In this document: positions 37,033 through 49,429 of the stretch, piece after piece
How the letters are laid out: each line of letters starts with the position of its first letter
How positions within the stretch are numbered: position 1 is the stretch's first letter
Assembly: GCF_006345805.1 (NCBI RefSeq)
Contig: NC_043008.1
Location: forward strand, 39,370,001 to 39,434,000
Source of the DNA: Octopus sinensis
Lineage: Eukaryota
Direction: 5' to 3'
Length of the DNA stretch: 64,000 bases
Program-made: the position numbers and the translations under genes
Notes under the pieces: model-generated
What the model was told of the DNA's origin: nothing
The model's database searches: none
Seen by the model: only the letters and a program-made list of their open reading frames with translations

Positions 37033-37228
37033 CATAGGCGTGGTTGTGTTGTAACTAGTTTGTGTTCCATCCATGTAGGTCCAGGTTCAGGTGCAACTGC
37101 GTGGCACTATGGACAAGTGTCTTCTACTAGGGACTCAGTAGAAGACATTTGTCCATGGTGTCACGCAGTAGAGCCTTGAGTGGATCTGGTGGACGGTAAC
37201 TCCGGTAACTCAAAGAAGCTCGCCCTAC
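37033..37228 (+). mobile_element. Diverged SINE family A, 5' part
   Basis: Head plus ggacaagtgtcttctact...ccttgagtggatctggtggacgg...aaagaagctcg. Confidence 0.7.
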
Positions 37229-37904
37229 ATATATATATATATATATATATACACAACTTAAATAGAGAAATACAATTTACAATCTAACAATTTATTTATA
37301 TTATAATATAATATACTATAAACATAATATAATATAACATAAAAGAATATAAAAAAAACCAAAAGCAAACAATTTGTTTCGACTTATTTATATATATTAC
37401 TTGATTTACAAACAATAATATCCATGTAAACAATTTCCTTTAGGGTTTGGGTTCAAATGACATACGAAATTCCATGTAAAAGGGCTGCTAGATTGCAAAA
37501 ATACTGATTCAAAATACCTATGTCCGGGAGCGTGAGCTTCAAATATTCAAACACACAACAAGCACCGTAAAAGGATAAAAATTATAACAAACAATATAAT
37601 CAAGTAAAGAAAATCTACAACTGTCAAAATGTTTCTATATATCTCAAATAATATTAATTCAAATGCATTTAAATCGAAAAATAATCACTGGCTGTTTTAA
37701 CTATATGTAATAATAACAATATGTAAATAAATAAAGTACCAGAACCCTACTTAGTTTTAGAGATGGTAATAAATCGTGTAAATCAATATTTATTCTATAA
37801 ACATGCCTATGCCTCCTCGAAAAAACTTATTTCTAGTATATCAACAAACTATTTATTTATATGCAATACTTTTCAGATATTTATAATTACTGAAAAAAAA
37901 AAAA

Positions 37905-38135
37905 TTTCTTTACTACCCACAAGGGGCTAAACACAGAGGGGACAAAACAAGGACAGACAAAGGATTAAGTCGATTACATCGACCTCAGTGCGTAACTGGT
38001 ACTTAATTTATCAACCTCGAAAGGATGAAAGGCAAAGTCGACCTCGGCGGAATTTGAACCCGGAACGTAACGACAGACGAAATACGGCTATGCATTTCGC
38101 CCGGCGTGCTAACGTTTCTGCCAGTTCGCCGCCTT
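37905..38135 (-). mobile_element. SINE family B, full length
   Basis: Reverse complement of ggcggcgaactggcagaaacgttagcacgccggg...gtgggtagtaaagaaa. Confidence 0.9.
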
Positions 38136-38194
38136 ACTGAAAAAATATATATAAACTATATATAACGATAATATAGTATATTAATCTAGTTTAT

Positions 38195-38345
38195 AAATAT
38201 TGCACTCTGTGTGTGTGTATAATGACTAACGCATACATTTCCACAATTCTCAACCGATTTTCTCCAAACGTTACGCACATATTAGTTATGTCCCAAGGAT
38301 CGTCACGCACGATAACATTTTGCCCAGAAATCCCGCGTAAATGGC
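38195..38345. mobile_element. Possible HINE/DINE-1-like non-autonomous Helentron fragment
   Basis: tgtgtgt... followed by caaccgattttctccaaac, a motif typical of such elements; recalled similarity only. Confidence 0.3.
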
Positions 38346-39235
38346 CGTTAATGGATATAGTTTTTTTGTATGTAGAGTCTTCCATACTTTTTTTTATCAT
38401 TTTATAAAAGTGAAAAGATTTTGTCTATTTATTTACTGCAACTGTTCACCAGCGCGGTGACCCAATCCGGAAACAGGATTTGGTAGCTGTCATTTTGTTT
38501 TCATGTAAATAAATGTTAATGTTAATTAAAAATAATTACACAAAAAAATTTAGCTGTTATTTTTAGCACAACACGTGTTTTGTCTGCGGTAATTTTCATT
38601 CATGCAAATAAATGTTTAATTTAAAAGACTTGCCAAAATCGTTGTATGTACATAGTTTTTTGTATCAAGGGTCTTCCATATTCTTAAATCTGTATCCTCG
38701 TATATTGGCATTAGAGAGTATTTTTGACTGTGATTAAATTGACTATGAACACTACGCGATGAATAGCTAACACCAAACACTCTTAATCTCCATATTTAAA
38801 CTGCATTAACTTAACCTATTCTGAGTTACTTGAAATGTGATGTTCCATTTTCTCTCTTCTATTTGTTGATACCTTTGTTTACCTACCAATTTGTAGTTTC
38901 AGTTTAAGGATGTTTATTTTCCCATCCATGATGATATTTCGACTGTTGTCCATTGCTTCAAATACGTTTTAGCACTGAGATTCTAGCCTTTTTTAAACAA
39001 TCACATATGATTCGTCCCAAGGAATCAACCTTTAAAGAAGAGTTTTACTACCACTAGCGAAAGCTCTGTGCATCATTCAGAGAATTCCATTCCAATTACC
39101 CTTTATGTAGCATTCGCTGATACTTTACGCAGGTTATCTGGGAAGACAGAATAAAGGGGATTTTCTTAGCTTATAATAGAATCGATAATCACCCGGTACA
39201 CTAAAACCCATTTTCCTTTTCTAGATAATACAAGC

Positions 39236-39870
39236 ATGCCACCCAAACAGAGAGCACGCATTGGCAGAAAGTCTTCTGCTGCGGCAAGGCAGCAGTGCCG
39301 GTAGGCTAAGGAAACAGAGGACCGGAGGTCCTGTAGACTTGAAAAGAGCTACCACTGCTAGAGTTACAACTACTCCAGAAGAGTGTGAAACCTTTCGAGT
39401 GCGTGCTGCTGATGCAGGGGCTGCAGAAGCCCCACAAAAGGTTGCTATCCGTCTGGCATGTAACGTTGCATCCACTTCTGCCATGAGACCCAGAAGAGGG
39501 TGCTATCCATCGGGGACGCAACGCTGCATCCACTTCTGCCGCAAGGTTGGCAGATGACGATAACCATCGGATGATGAGATTCAGTCTAATGTTTACTGAA
39601 AGGCTCTTGAAGTCGATGGGCTTCAAAGGCGTTCAACTATGATCCTGCTGAGGATTACACCGCTCATCGTGTGACTGATATCATCAAGAGACTGTGATAT
39701 GTCCATTTTGCAAGGCCTCAAGTGGGTTGGAAAATCCAATCTAGCCTATGCTGCTCAAACAGAAAGGTTTGCTTGCCTGGCCTGAAAAACTCGCCTCAGC
39801 CTTTCCTCTCTTTACTCCTTGGTCAACACCCTGATTCACAGCAATTTATACAGTAAATTCGTGCTATACA
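39236..39870 (+). mobile_element. Helitron Rep/Hel N-terminal relic
   Basis: MPPKQRARIGRK..., then across frameshifts AFNYDPAEDY...CPFCKA...LCCSNRKVCLPGLKNSPQPFLSLLLGQHPDSQQF, the Cys-rich motif that precedes the Helitron Rep domain. Confidence 0.8.
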
Positions 39871-40626
39871 GTAAAGTTTCAGTCACAAACACATATATAC
39901 CAACATTCAAAATTCAGGGCCAAACTTGTCATCGGATAAGCTCTATTCTTTATGTGAACAACGCTGAACACCGATTCCTTCAAATTTACTTCATGTTAGA
40001 TACCACTGAGCGAACGGTTCGATGAGCTGGAACAAAATGATAAAAATACCACCAAAGCAACTTAAACCGTCCAAAGCACGAGTGCGTTTGCTAGCATAAT
40101 GATAAAATATAATAACACTTCTCATTTAATCAAAGTTACTGATATAAATATTATTCAAAGTAACTAACAGATAACGTTCCTTATTTACGTATTTTATCGA
40201 AGTGAGGAACTCGGTAATTAAAATAAACAAAAACTAAGACCTACAATAATTATAACCTATATTATTTCTCAGATAAAGATATAATAAACTATGAGTATAA
40301 ACAATAAATATCAAACTTTTACTAAATATTACAAAAGAAACTAAATTAGAAGTTTCTGGAATAAAGATTATTCAAAGAAACAGACAAATAATGGTCCTTA
40401 TTTACGTAAACTGTCAAAGGGTGAATTCCGTAAGTCTACATAAAAAAAGCGTAAACATAAAATATATAGATCTACGATAAATATAACCTATATTATTTCT
40501 TAGATAAAGAGATCATAAACTATAAATAATATATTTCAAAATTATACTAGGTCTTTCAGATGTTACGAAATTAGAGTGTTGCAATAAGAATACAAGCTAT
40601 AAAGTACACAATATTATAAAAGATTA

Positions 40627-41950
40627 CACTGGTAAAAAAGAAAAAAATTGAAATGGTGTCGAGACAGCAAACATTTTTCTTAGCTAATTTGAGGGCGCTG
40701 AATCTGAATATGAACTTATTTTTTTCTAGGTTAGCTACTGTTTTTGCCGTACAGAAATGCCTCATTTTTGAAAACAAAAAAGTATTTTTTCCATTTGTTT
40801 TCTGTATATTTGATATTGATCGATGGCAATATTTCTCAAAGTAAAATCATAGAAATATCTCAATTCGTATTTAAACCAACAAATATTGGTCTGCTTTTTG
40901 AGAAACACTATTTTTGCAATAACAATCAGATACTAAAGTCTTTAAAAGTAAAAGGATTGAATGTAACAAGAACAACAATTAATTTCATCAAATCTGTAAA
41001 TAAACTAACTGCAGAAACAAAATCTTCATGAACTAAGGTAAAAAATTTCTCTTTCTTGATTGCCTGTCATGTTCAATGTTATTTAAGTCCCTTTTGATAA
41101 TCCAGCAGCAGTCAGTCATCATTCGTTTGTCCCACCATCCATGGTAACCTTCCTTCATTGTTTTGATATACTGATGGAATCGTTCTCCTTGCTCATCACT
41201 CGCATTGCTGCAATTATCCGGAAATTCATCGAGATGGCTATGTAAAAAATGAACCTTAATACTCATATTAGCGCCTGTGTCCTGTAGAATTTTCAACAGC
41301 TTTTCCACTAACTCCTTGTAGTTTTCAGCCCGGCGATTGCCTAAGAAGTTTTTCACCATGTCAACAAAGGATGTGCAAGTGCGTAATTCCAAGTCATTCA
41401 TTGAATTAACAAATTTTTCATCCTTAATGGGTTTCCTGATATCAGAACCATCAAACACTCCTGCTTTGAGTTTTTCGGTGCTAAGTCCTGGAAACGATTA
41501 ATATACATGCTCAAAACATTTACGTTCTTTGTCAAGTGATTTTACATAGTGTTTCATTAATCCCAGTTTGATATGCAGGGGAGGGAATATGATTTTTTTT
41601 CTTTCGGAACTAGTGATGCACCAATAACGTTCTTTTCGCTGACCTTCAAATTTCGGGGTAGCTAATCTTTCTTTTTCCAGTGCTCCTCTTTTGCTCTACT
41701 GTCCCACATGCACAAAATACATGGGAATTTCGTGTAGCCACTTTGTTGACCAAGCAGGAAATTTATAATTTTCAAATCGACACATAACACCTATCTATGT
41801 TTGGTGTAGTCAATCTATTCCATAACCTGTTTGATAACATCACGTTTTTTTTCTTTAAGTATTGTTGAATGACCTAAAGGTATTGGTGCATACATATTGG
41901 CATTATGGAGCAAAACACACTTCAAACTACATTTTGAACTATCATCAGGA
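40627..41950 (-). mobile_element. Chapaev3-type (CMC superfamily) transposase relic with 3' end
   Basis: SSKCSLKCVLLHN, GQQSGYTKFPC, PPLHIKLGLMK, KLKAGVFDG, NFLGN..NY, MSIKVHFLHSHLD, DEQGERFHQ; terminus CACTG at 40627. Confidence 0.8.
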
Positions 41951-42337
41951 TAGTATTTGTGAACGCCTATTGCTATTATTACATGTTAAAATATAGTGAT
42001 TGTTTAATTTCTGTCTAACATATGTAAATTTATATCGCGCACTCCTCAGTATATTGCAGGTTTCTCCGGCCGATAGGGTATTTATAATTTTTCAGATTTT
42101 AATTATTTCTGTTGGAGGTTTTGGAACGTAACACCCGTAATAGTCAAGAGATTACTGTATGTATATATATATTTGTCTTCGTATATGAAAGGGAAATGGG
42201 TATGTATACATATTATTTTCGCAGGATGGGATATTACGAATAAAAATATCCCGAGAAAACTTTTTTCCCTTCCCGTCATTTATTTATTTTTTTTTTGATG
42301 TTCAAGCGATTTTTGCTCCTGTCATATAATGATTATA

Positions 42338-42900
42338 ATGGGCTGTCCGGAAAGTCCGTGCTGATTTCTAATGGAAAGAAGAAGGTCAATAAATACTTGC
42401 CATTACATTTTTGATCAACCAAATATGAACCACTTTGTTGCACAATGAGTCTCCACCTTTCCTTTAACTTAAAAATACCCTCTTCGCAGAACTGAGTTGG
42501 TTTCATGGCAAAGAATTCAAGGTATCTTTTACGTCATCCAAGAAATTGAAAGTTTTAACATTAAGACTATTCTACAGAGACCTGAATAAGTGGAAATCAG
42601 AAGGAGCAATATCTGGTAAATATGGAGGGTGGGGGTAACACATCCCAGCCGAGCTGCAGCAATTTTTGTCTGGTTCCCAAAGCATCAAGTGCCGAAAATG
42701 AACTTTCTTATCTGCCATTTTAAAGGGTTACAAAACTAACACATGTTATAGGAACATAAACCTTCTTCCACGAAAAGATAGCTTAAACCATAATCTAAAT
42801 GGAGGTGTAGTCAACTCCTTTTTTATGGACTCAACCATGTTCTAAAATAAATCGAAAGGTAAGTTACTATAAATCGACCCGAACTTTCCGGACAACCCAA
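42338..42900 (-). mobile_element. Internally deleted mariner (DD34D-type) element, 563 bp, both TIRs, TA TSD
   Basis: TIRs (a/t)tggg(c/t)tgtccggaaagt; minus MADKKVHFRHLML fused almost directly to HPPYLPDIAPSDFHLFRSL...ERWRLIV. Confidence 0.9.
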
Positions 42901-43268
42901 TATTTTGCATTACTTTGATCCAACTCAATATAATATATATCGTAATGAAAATTCTGAGGTAGACATACGCGAATAATCTTGTTGCAATTAGTGTCTCAGG
43001 TTAACTACATTCCAATAACCGACAAAATTTTAAATAATAGAAAACAAGGTTGCATATGAATATGAAGATCATTTGTTTACATTTAGAGCTTAACACCAGA
43101 ATCCTCGACAAATATCAAAAGAAAGCTCATTAGGGTTAGGGTTAGATTCTCAGAACTATACATTACATGCGTTTATTTATATGCGGATCATGCTTCGAAG
43201 TACATCGTTTAAGGGAGAATAATGTGCATATATCTTGATGCATCCATTGCCTTGTTCTTAATATACAC

Positions 43269-43678
43269 AGGAGTGGTTGTGTGATAAGTAGCTTGCTTAC
43301 GAAGCACATGATTCTGGATTCAGTCCCACTGCGTGACACCTTGGAAAAGTGTCTTCTACTATAGCCTCGGGTCGACCACAGCCTTGTGAGTGGATTTGCT
43401 AGACGGAAACTGAAAGAAGTCCGTCGTATATATGCATACATATGTATGTATGTGTGTTTGTATATGTTTGTGTGTCTGTGTTGGTCCCCACAACATCGCT
43501 TGACAGCCGATGCTGGTGTGTTTACGTCCTCGTAAATTAGCGGTTCGGCAAAAGAGACCGATAGAATAAGTACTAGGCTTACAAAGAATAAGGCTTAGGG
43601 GCGGTTTTCTCGACTAAAGGCGGTGCTCCAGAATGGCCACTTTCAAATGACTGAAACAAGTAAAAGAGTAAAAGAGTA
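43269..43678 (+). mobile_element. SINE family A, full length
   Basis: Same head, body and tail as 12725-13166. Confidence 0.9.
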
Positions 43679-44722
43679 TATTTTCCAGCATGTAAGATTA
43701 AAGAGTTTAAATTGGCTGCATGAAGGTCGGGGGTTACATGGATATAATGCCACCACCTGTATCTGAATTACCGTAGATGGGTGGTTATAGTCACGAAAGT
43801 AACCTTACGCCTATATTCCATTCAAGCTGATGTTTTCTCTTTTGTACACTGAGCCATTATCTATTACTAGATCTGTTTATCATCCACTACACAGGCGATG
43901 CAAACACTTATTTACATAAATGTTAGTGCCTCTTGTAGAAGCCATCAAATTTGATGGTAAATCTCCTTTTTACTGTAGAATTCATTTTCGTAGTTAGTAT
44001 TAAATCTACTTGACATTATTGGTGTTTAATGATGTAGAATTAGGAACCAGAGGAAATTGCTGAACTTTCAATTAATTTATACGAAAGTGGTTCTGTATCC
44101 CGCCTTATTCGAAAATTGCTCGGTTGATAAGAGTATTAGAACTAAGGACTTCTCGGCGGATATTCAGTTATGAAGGTGTTACTAACTATAATTTACCTCC
44201 ATTTTAAATAGAATAGACAGAGGAAGTCTGCGTTTTGTTACTATGAGTAAAAAAGTCTAATCGCAATATATCTGGAAAACGCGTTGTGAAACAGATTAAT
44301 TACTCCTGCATTAAATTGATCTAGAGGTTAGTTATCTGATGAGACGCGTGATTTCAGTTGGAGAATTTCAGGCACCATTTTGATATCTAATTGAAGTTTT
44401 CAATTTGATTAAATACAAATAATGTAGCTGATCTAGTAAGAGCGCGAGGCGAACGGTTTTTCTACTAATTCCCATTAATATTTCAGTTAAATTCAAATAT
44501 TGAATTAAAATGATAAATTTCCATCATCGAGTTTAGCAAGAGGAACGAGTTACATTCTAGAGAACGGTCTACTTTAAATGTAATAGACACTTTGCTATCG
44601 AACAAAATTTCCCCAAAATATGTAGACAGGTATACAGCGGTATATAGTTCATGTATAGAAAAGAATATATATTATATACATAGTAATACACACACACACA
44701 CACACACATACACACACACACG

Positions 44723-44794
<72 letters not shown>

Positions 44795-44977
44795 TATACA
44801 AGCATACATACAAACATGTACTTATATATACATATAAATAACTATATGAATATATGTGCATAGGTGCATAACGTGTGTATTCCTGTATGAACGTATTATG
44901 TATGTAATAAATATGTATGTATATATTTATATAAATATATATATATATATATATATAATATATATATATATATGCAT

Positions 44978-45019
<42 letters not shown>

Positions 45020-45055
45020 TATATATGCACACACACTCACACACACACAAACACA

Positions 45056-45091
<36 letters not shown>

Positions 45092-45120
45092 CGTATATAT
45101 ATATACATATATATATACAT

Positions 45121-45164
<44 letters not shown>

Positions 45165-46105
45165 GTAGATAGATAGATAGATAGATAGATGGATAGACAG
45201 GCAGATACATAGATAGACAGGCGTACAGTCAGACAGGAAAAGTGCATTATAAAGTGAAACTTAAACATCATACGGAAATATTTTAACAAGGCTTAAAATA
45301 TATCTTGAGCTGAAATCCTAACGTTGTCAACAATATAGTCCAATAGACCGGTGTCAAACTCTATTAACCTTTGATGTCAGAGGATCAATATGATCAACTC
45401 TCGCCGCTAAAAAATAACCCTTCTATATATATATATTCCTGATTTGTCTGCTTATTTCTGTCTCCATTCACATATCTGAGAAATAAAAATATCAATGCTT
45501 ATAAATGATATAGACACATTATAAACCAAATATTCCATATGGATGGCTTAACGCTATTTACAATTCCCAGTTCGCGGTCTCTTGTCAAAATTGTTCATCA
45601 ATTCAACCGTGATATAAAAACGAGTATAGAAGTGGAAAAAATATGCCAAATCTACTATTGTAATATTCAAATTATTTAAAACAGAACAAAACATTGATAT
45701 CAGAGAATCAGAACAAAATCAGCCGTACAGATAGTTAATAGTAGACATAGAAGAAACATTAAAATATCACAAGAGACTGCCAAACGCATTACGCAACAAA
45801 ACAATATCCATGTAATTGTACACACAACTTTACATATATAAATGATACCACAGTGCAAATGCTATGGTGAACTGGAATATCGCATGAAATTGTTGAAGGC
45901 AGGGTTATGGTAATGTTAATCACAGCAATATCACCACCACCACCAGAACATAAAGAGAGACGATATGCTGCTAAGCATTTGGTCAGGCGTGATAAAGATT
46001 GCTCCAGCTTGCCACCTTACATTAACAAAAATATTTTAGAATAATAATAATCAATAATTAGTATAATGTTTTCATAGTTACTTTAATTAATTTAGAACTC
46101 CGTCT

Positions 46106-46328
46106 TGATGGCAGAAACGTTAGCACGCCGGGCGAAATGCTTAGCGGTATTTCATCTGCCGCTACGTTCTGAGTTCAAATACCGCCGAGGTCGAATTTGC
46201 CTTTCATCCTTTCGGCGTCGATTAAATAAGTACCAGTTACGCACTGAGGTCGATATAATCGACTTAATCCGTTTGTCTGTCCTTGTTTGTCCCCTCTGTG
46301 TTTAGCCCCTTCTGGGCAGTAAAGAAAC
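46106..46328 (+). mobile_element. SINE family B
   Basis: ggcagaaacgttagcacgccgggcgaaatgc...gcagtaaagaaac. Confidence 0.9.
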
Positions 46329-46918
46329 AAGAACTCGTACTTGATGGTAGTACTAATCATTTCTACGATAGGCACGTGGCCTAATATTTTTACGTGGGGG
46401 TGGGGACTAATCGATCACATCGACCTCACTGTTCAATTGATGCTTATTCTATCGACCCCGAAGGGCTAAAAGCAACTTCACAGGAAATACGTTTTAGATT
46501 ACGTTTTAGAAATACGATATTAGATTAAACTTTGAACTGTTTTTTTCTTATATCACGATCGCAAAACTTCGGAACGGCTCTGTATTTTGCACTTCTCAGC
46601 GAAAGATTAATATTGTTTCTTTTTCTATGTCCACTTTGTGTTGAGAATGCTCAATATTTGCGATCACGGGATTCTCTCTTCCAACGCATTTTCCCCCAAT
46701 AACCCAATATCATATTTTTGTAGTTAGTTTCTAGTTTTTCCAAACACTGTTGTATATAAAAAGTTAAAACCAACAGGTCCGTGCGACTGTTCTAGCGAAT
46801 GTTTATATCTTCTCACATAATAGACAATAGTGTAAGGATACAAATAGTTTCTGAGAGTGTAGAGGATTTGTCGCTCTCCATGCTACTTTCAGTTTTTTAT
46901 TACACCCACCTTAGCGAA

Positions 46919-47212
46919 GTGGAGGCACATGGCCTAGTGATTAGAGCAGCGGACCCGCGATCGAGGGATCGCAGGTTCGAATCTCAGACCGGGCGATGTG
47001 TGTGTTTATGAGCGAAACACCCAAGCTCCACGCAGTTCCGGCAGAAGGTAATAGCAAACTTCTGCTGACTCTTTCGCCACAACTCTCACTCTTTCCTCCT
47101 GCATCTTGCAGCTCACCTGTGACGGACCGGCGTCCCGTCCAGGTGAGGAACCTATACACGAAGGAAACTGGCCCTTATGAGCCAGGCGTGGCTCGAGAAG
47201 GAACAAACCTTA
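46919..47212 (+). mobile_element. SINE with a family C head and a family E-like 3' region
   Basis: Head matches 4270/31450; gtgacggaccggcgtcccgtccagg...ggaaactggcccttatgagcc resembles 20645-20730. Confidence 0.8.
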
Positions 47213-47520
47213 GCAAAGGCGGAGACATTGTTCCAGTCGCGTTCTTTATTTTTTTTTTTCTGTGGACAAGATATGTCAAGAACCGCTGGATGGATTCGGA
47301 TGAAACTTTCAGGGATGTTTGGCCTCGTGACGGGCACGAACCGATTAGATTTGGGGATCAATCGAGGACCGGACAAGGATTCTGGATTACTTTCCGTGTT
47401 TTTTTTAATTTTTGAGAGCGGACGTGTTCGTTTTTAGTATTCTCGTTTGTGAGAGCAGTCGAGTTTATTTCAGATATTCTCATGTTAAAATTCATCCCTG
47501 GCTAATCATTGAGTGCTTTT
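47213..47520 (+). mobile_element. Possible HINE/Helentron-associated element
   Basis: accgctggatggattcggatgaaactttcaggg...gaaccgattagatttgggg...cgg motif typical of such short elements; recalled similarity only. Confidence 0.4.
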
Positions 47521-48594
47521 GTTTAGCATCATTTTTGTCCTGAAATAGATATTGATTTATGTTCCGAAGATCAGTGGTAAAGATCTTTGTATGTAAGAAG
47601 TTGGGGGTATATTTTGATGGATGCAGCATTCCTCTATTTTCTTCTCTGTTTATGCAGTTTCTCTTAATTTTTACTTGAGATTGTAACATTTCTATCTTAT
47701 TAATGTCGCGACTAATATAGTGAAAGATGTCGCCTTCATTTATAACATTTCTTTCGGTTTTTATAGTAAGCATTTCATAACTGATATCTGTTCGTCGTTG
47801 TTTTTGTTTCATTTGAGTTCATTCCTTTAGCTCTTAAATTTCAGCATTTTGTCTGTATCTTCTTTTTCTCTGTATGTTTCAGTTTAATGTTATAATGACC
47901 AACGCTGACATTTTCATCTTTCAACAGTGGTAAATGTTATGAAAGCAACTTGTGGTAATATATGTCTTGACAGGATCAGACAATTATCTCTTCCAAGGTC
48001 CTTTACAGCATTCGCTGTTTTTCTTTTGCAAATGATATTTAATATTTCATACGAACCAGCGGGTCAACACCAAGGAAGCCAATGATGGAACGCCATAAAC
48101 AATTTAGCTGCTTTACCATCATTTTCTTTAACAGAACATGTTGACAAAATTTTGATATACGAATGATTAGGAATCTTCATAGAAAGCAGTTAAGAATCGA
48201 CTACAATAGTATACCAAACACGAAAACAATTTGCAAACACAACCTAGATATAATCTGTCATATAAGCAGCAAGCGGATTTAAGGGCCATCTAAAAAGTAA
48301 AATAGACAACTCAGCTCTGTTTATGTGGAAAATAGAATATATGACCTCTCAGTTCTTGATTAGGGGAGAAGTAGTTTCGAATGGCCACACTAACTTATAA
48401 CAGCAAAATTCTATGCCTATATTGTAGATACGATGTTAATTTCAAAATAACATCTTTAGCGTAAAAAACAAGCTAACCAACGAAATTTTACGGTGTTTGT
48501 AAATTTACTTGAAATGTATTAAATTTTCTAATCCACGTTAATTTAATGAATAAACAGGACGTTCCAGCAGCCTTTCCGATGAAAATGAACGGTC

Positions 48595-48746
48595 TAGGCG
48601 TAGCTGTGTGGTAAGATGTTCGTGCTTCTTCGCCACATAGCTTCGGGTTCAGTTCCACTATGTGACGCATTAGACAAGAGATTCCTACTGTAACCAAGGC
48701 CTTGTGAATGGATTTCGTAAACAGAAACTGAAAGAAGCCCATCATG

Positions 48747-48750
<4 letters not shown>
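48595..48750 (+). mobile_element. SINE family A, 5' half
   Basis: taggcgtagctgtgtggtaag...ttcgggttcagttcc...aaactgaaagaagccc. Confidence 0.8.
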
Positions 48751-48794
<44 letters not shown>

Positions 48795-48889
48795 TATATA
48801 AACACAAAAACACGTATATATATCTTTGATGACGATGTCTGGCTTCTTAATATTTATTTATTCATTCATTCATTTAATGACAAGATTAG

Positions 48890-48891
48890 TA

Positions 48892-48934
<43 letters not shown>

Positions 48935-49036
48935 CAACAGCAACAACAACAACAATAACATTAATAATAATAACTATTATTATTATTATCATCATCATTA
49001 TTATTATTATTATTATTATTATCATCATCATCATCA

Positions 49037-49086
<50 letters not shown>

Positions 49087-49209
49087 GAGTGAGAGAGCAG
49101 TTCATGCCATCAAAGTGACACTAGGGTAAAATATACGAAGCCCAATATACCCATCATGACTACCCGTCTGATAAAGGTACACCAGGCACAATTATTATTA
49201 TTATTATTA

Positions 49210-49261
<52 letters not shown>

Positions 49262-49262
49262 T
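48890..49262. repeat. (AAT)n/(ATT)n arrays enclosing a family F 3' fragment (49087-49190)
   Basis: Direct inspection; 49087-49190 matches 51703-51810. Confidence 0.85.
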
Positions 49263-49429
49263 GATGAAATCTAGCAGTTTATTTTGCTGGGTATGATGGA
49301 AAGTGTCAGCTGTTCACAGCCAGCAGACTAAAGTGACACTTATTTACTAGTCATGCTTCAAGAACCTTGCGAAGAATTCTGTAGAATTCGTTGATGTTCT
49401 ACCTTCACACTCACTCCAATATTTTTCAG

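Noticed and set aside
37109-37152. Small inverted repeat ggacaagtgtcttctact…agtagaagacatttgtcc inside a SINE
   Set aside because: A local template-switch scar in one decayed copy; no further significance evident.
44050-44150. Plus frame EPEEIAELSINLYESGSVSRLIRKLLG-stop
   Set aside because: Short, weak acceptor, no recognisable homology and no partner exon.
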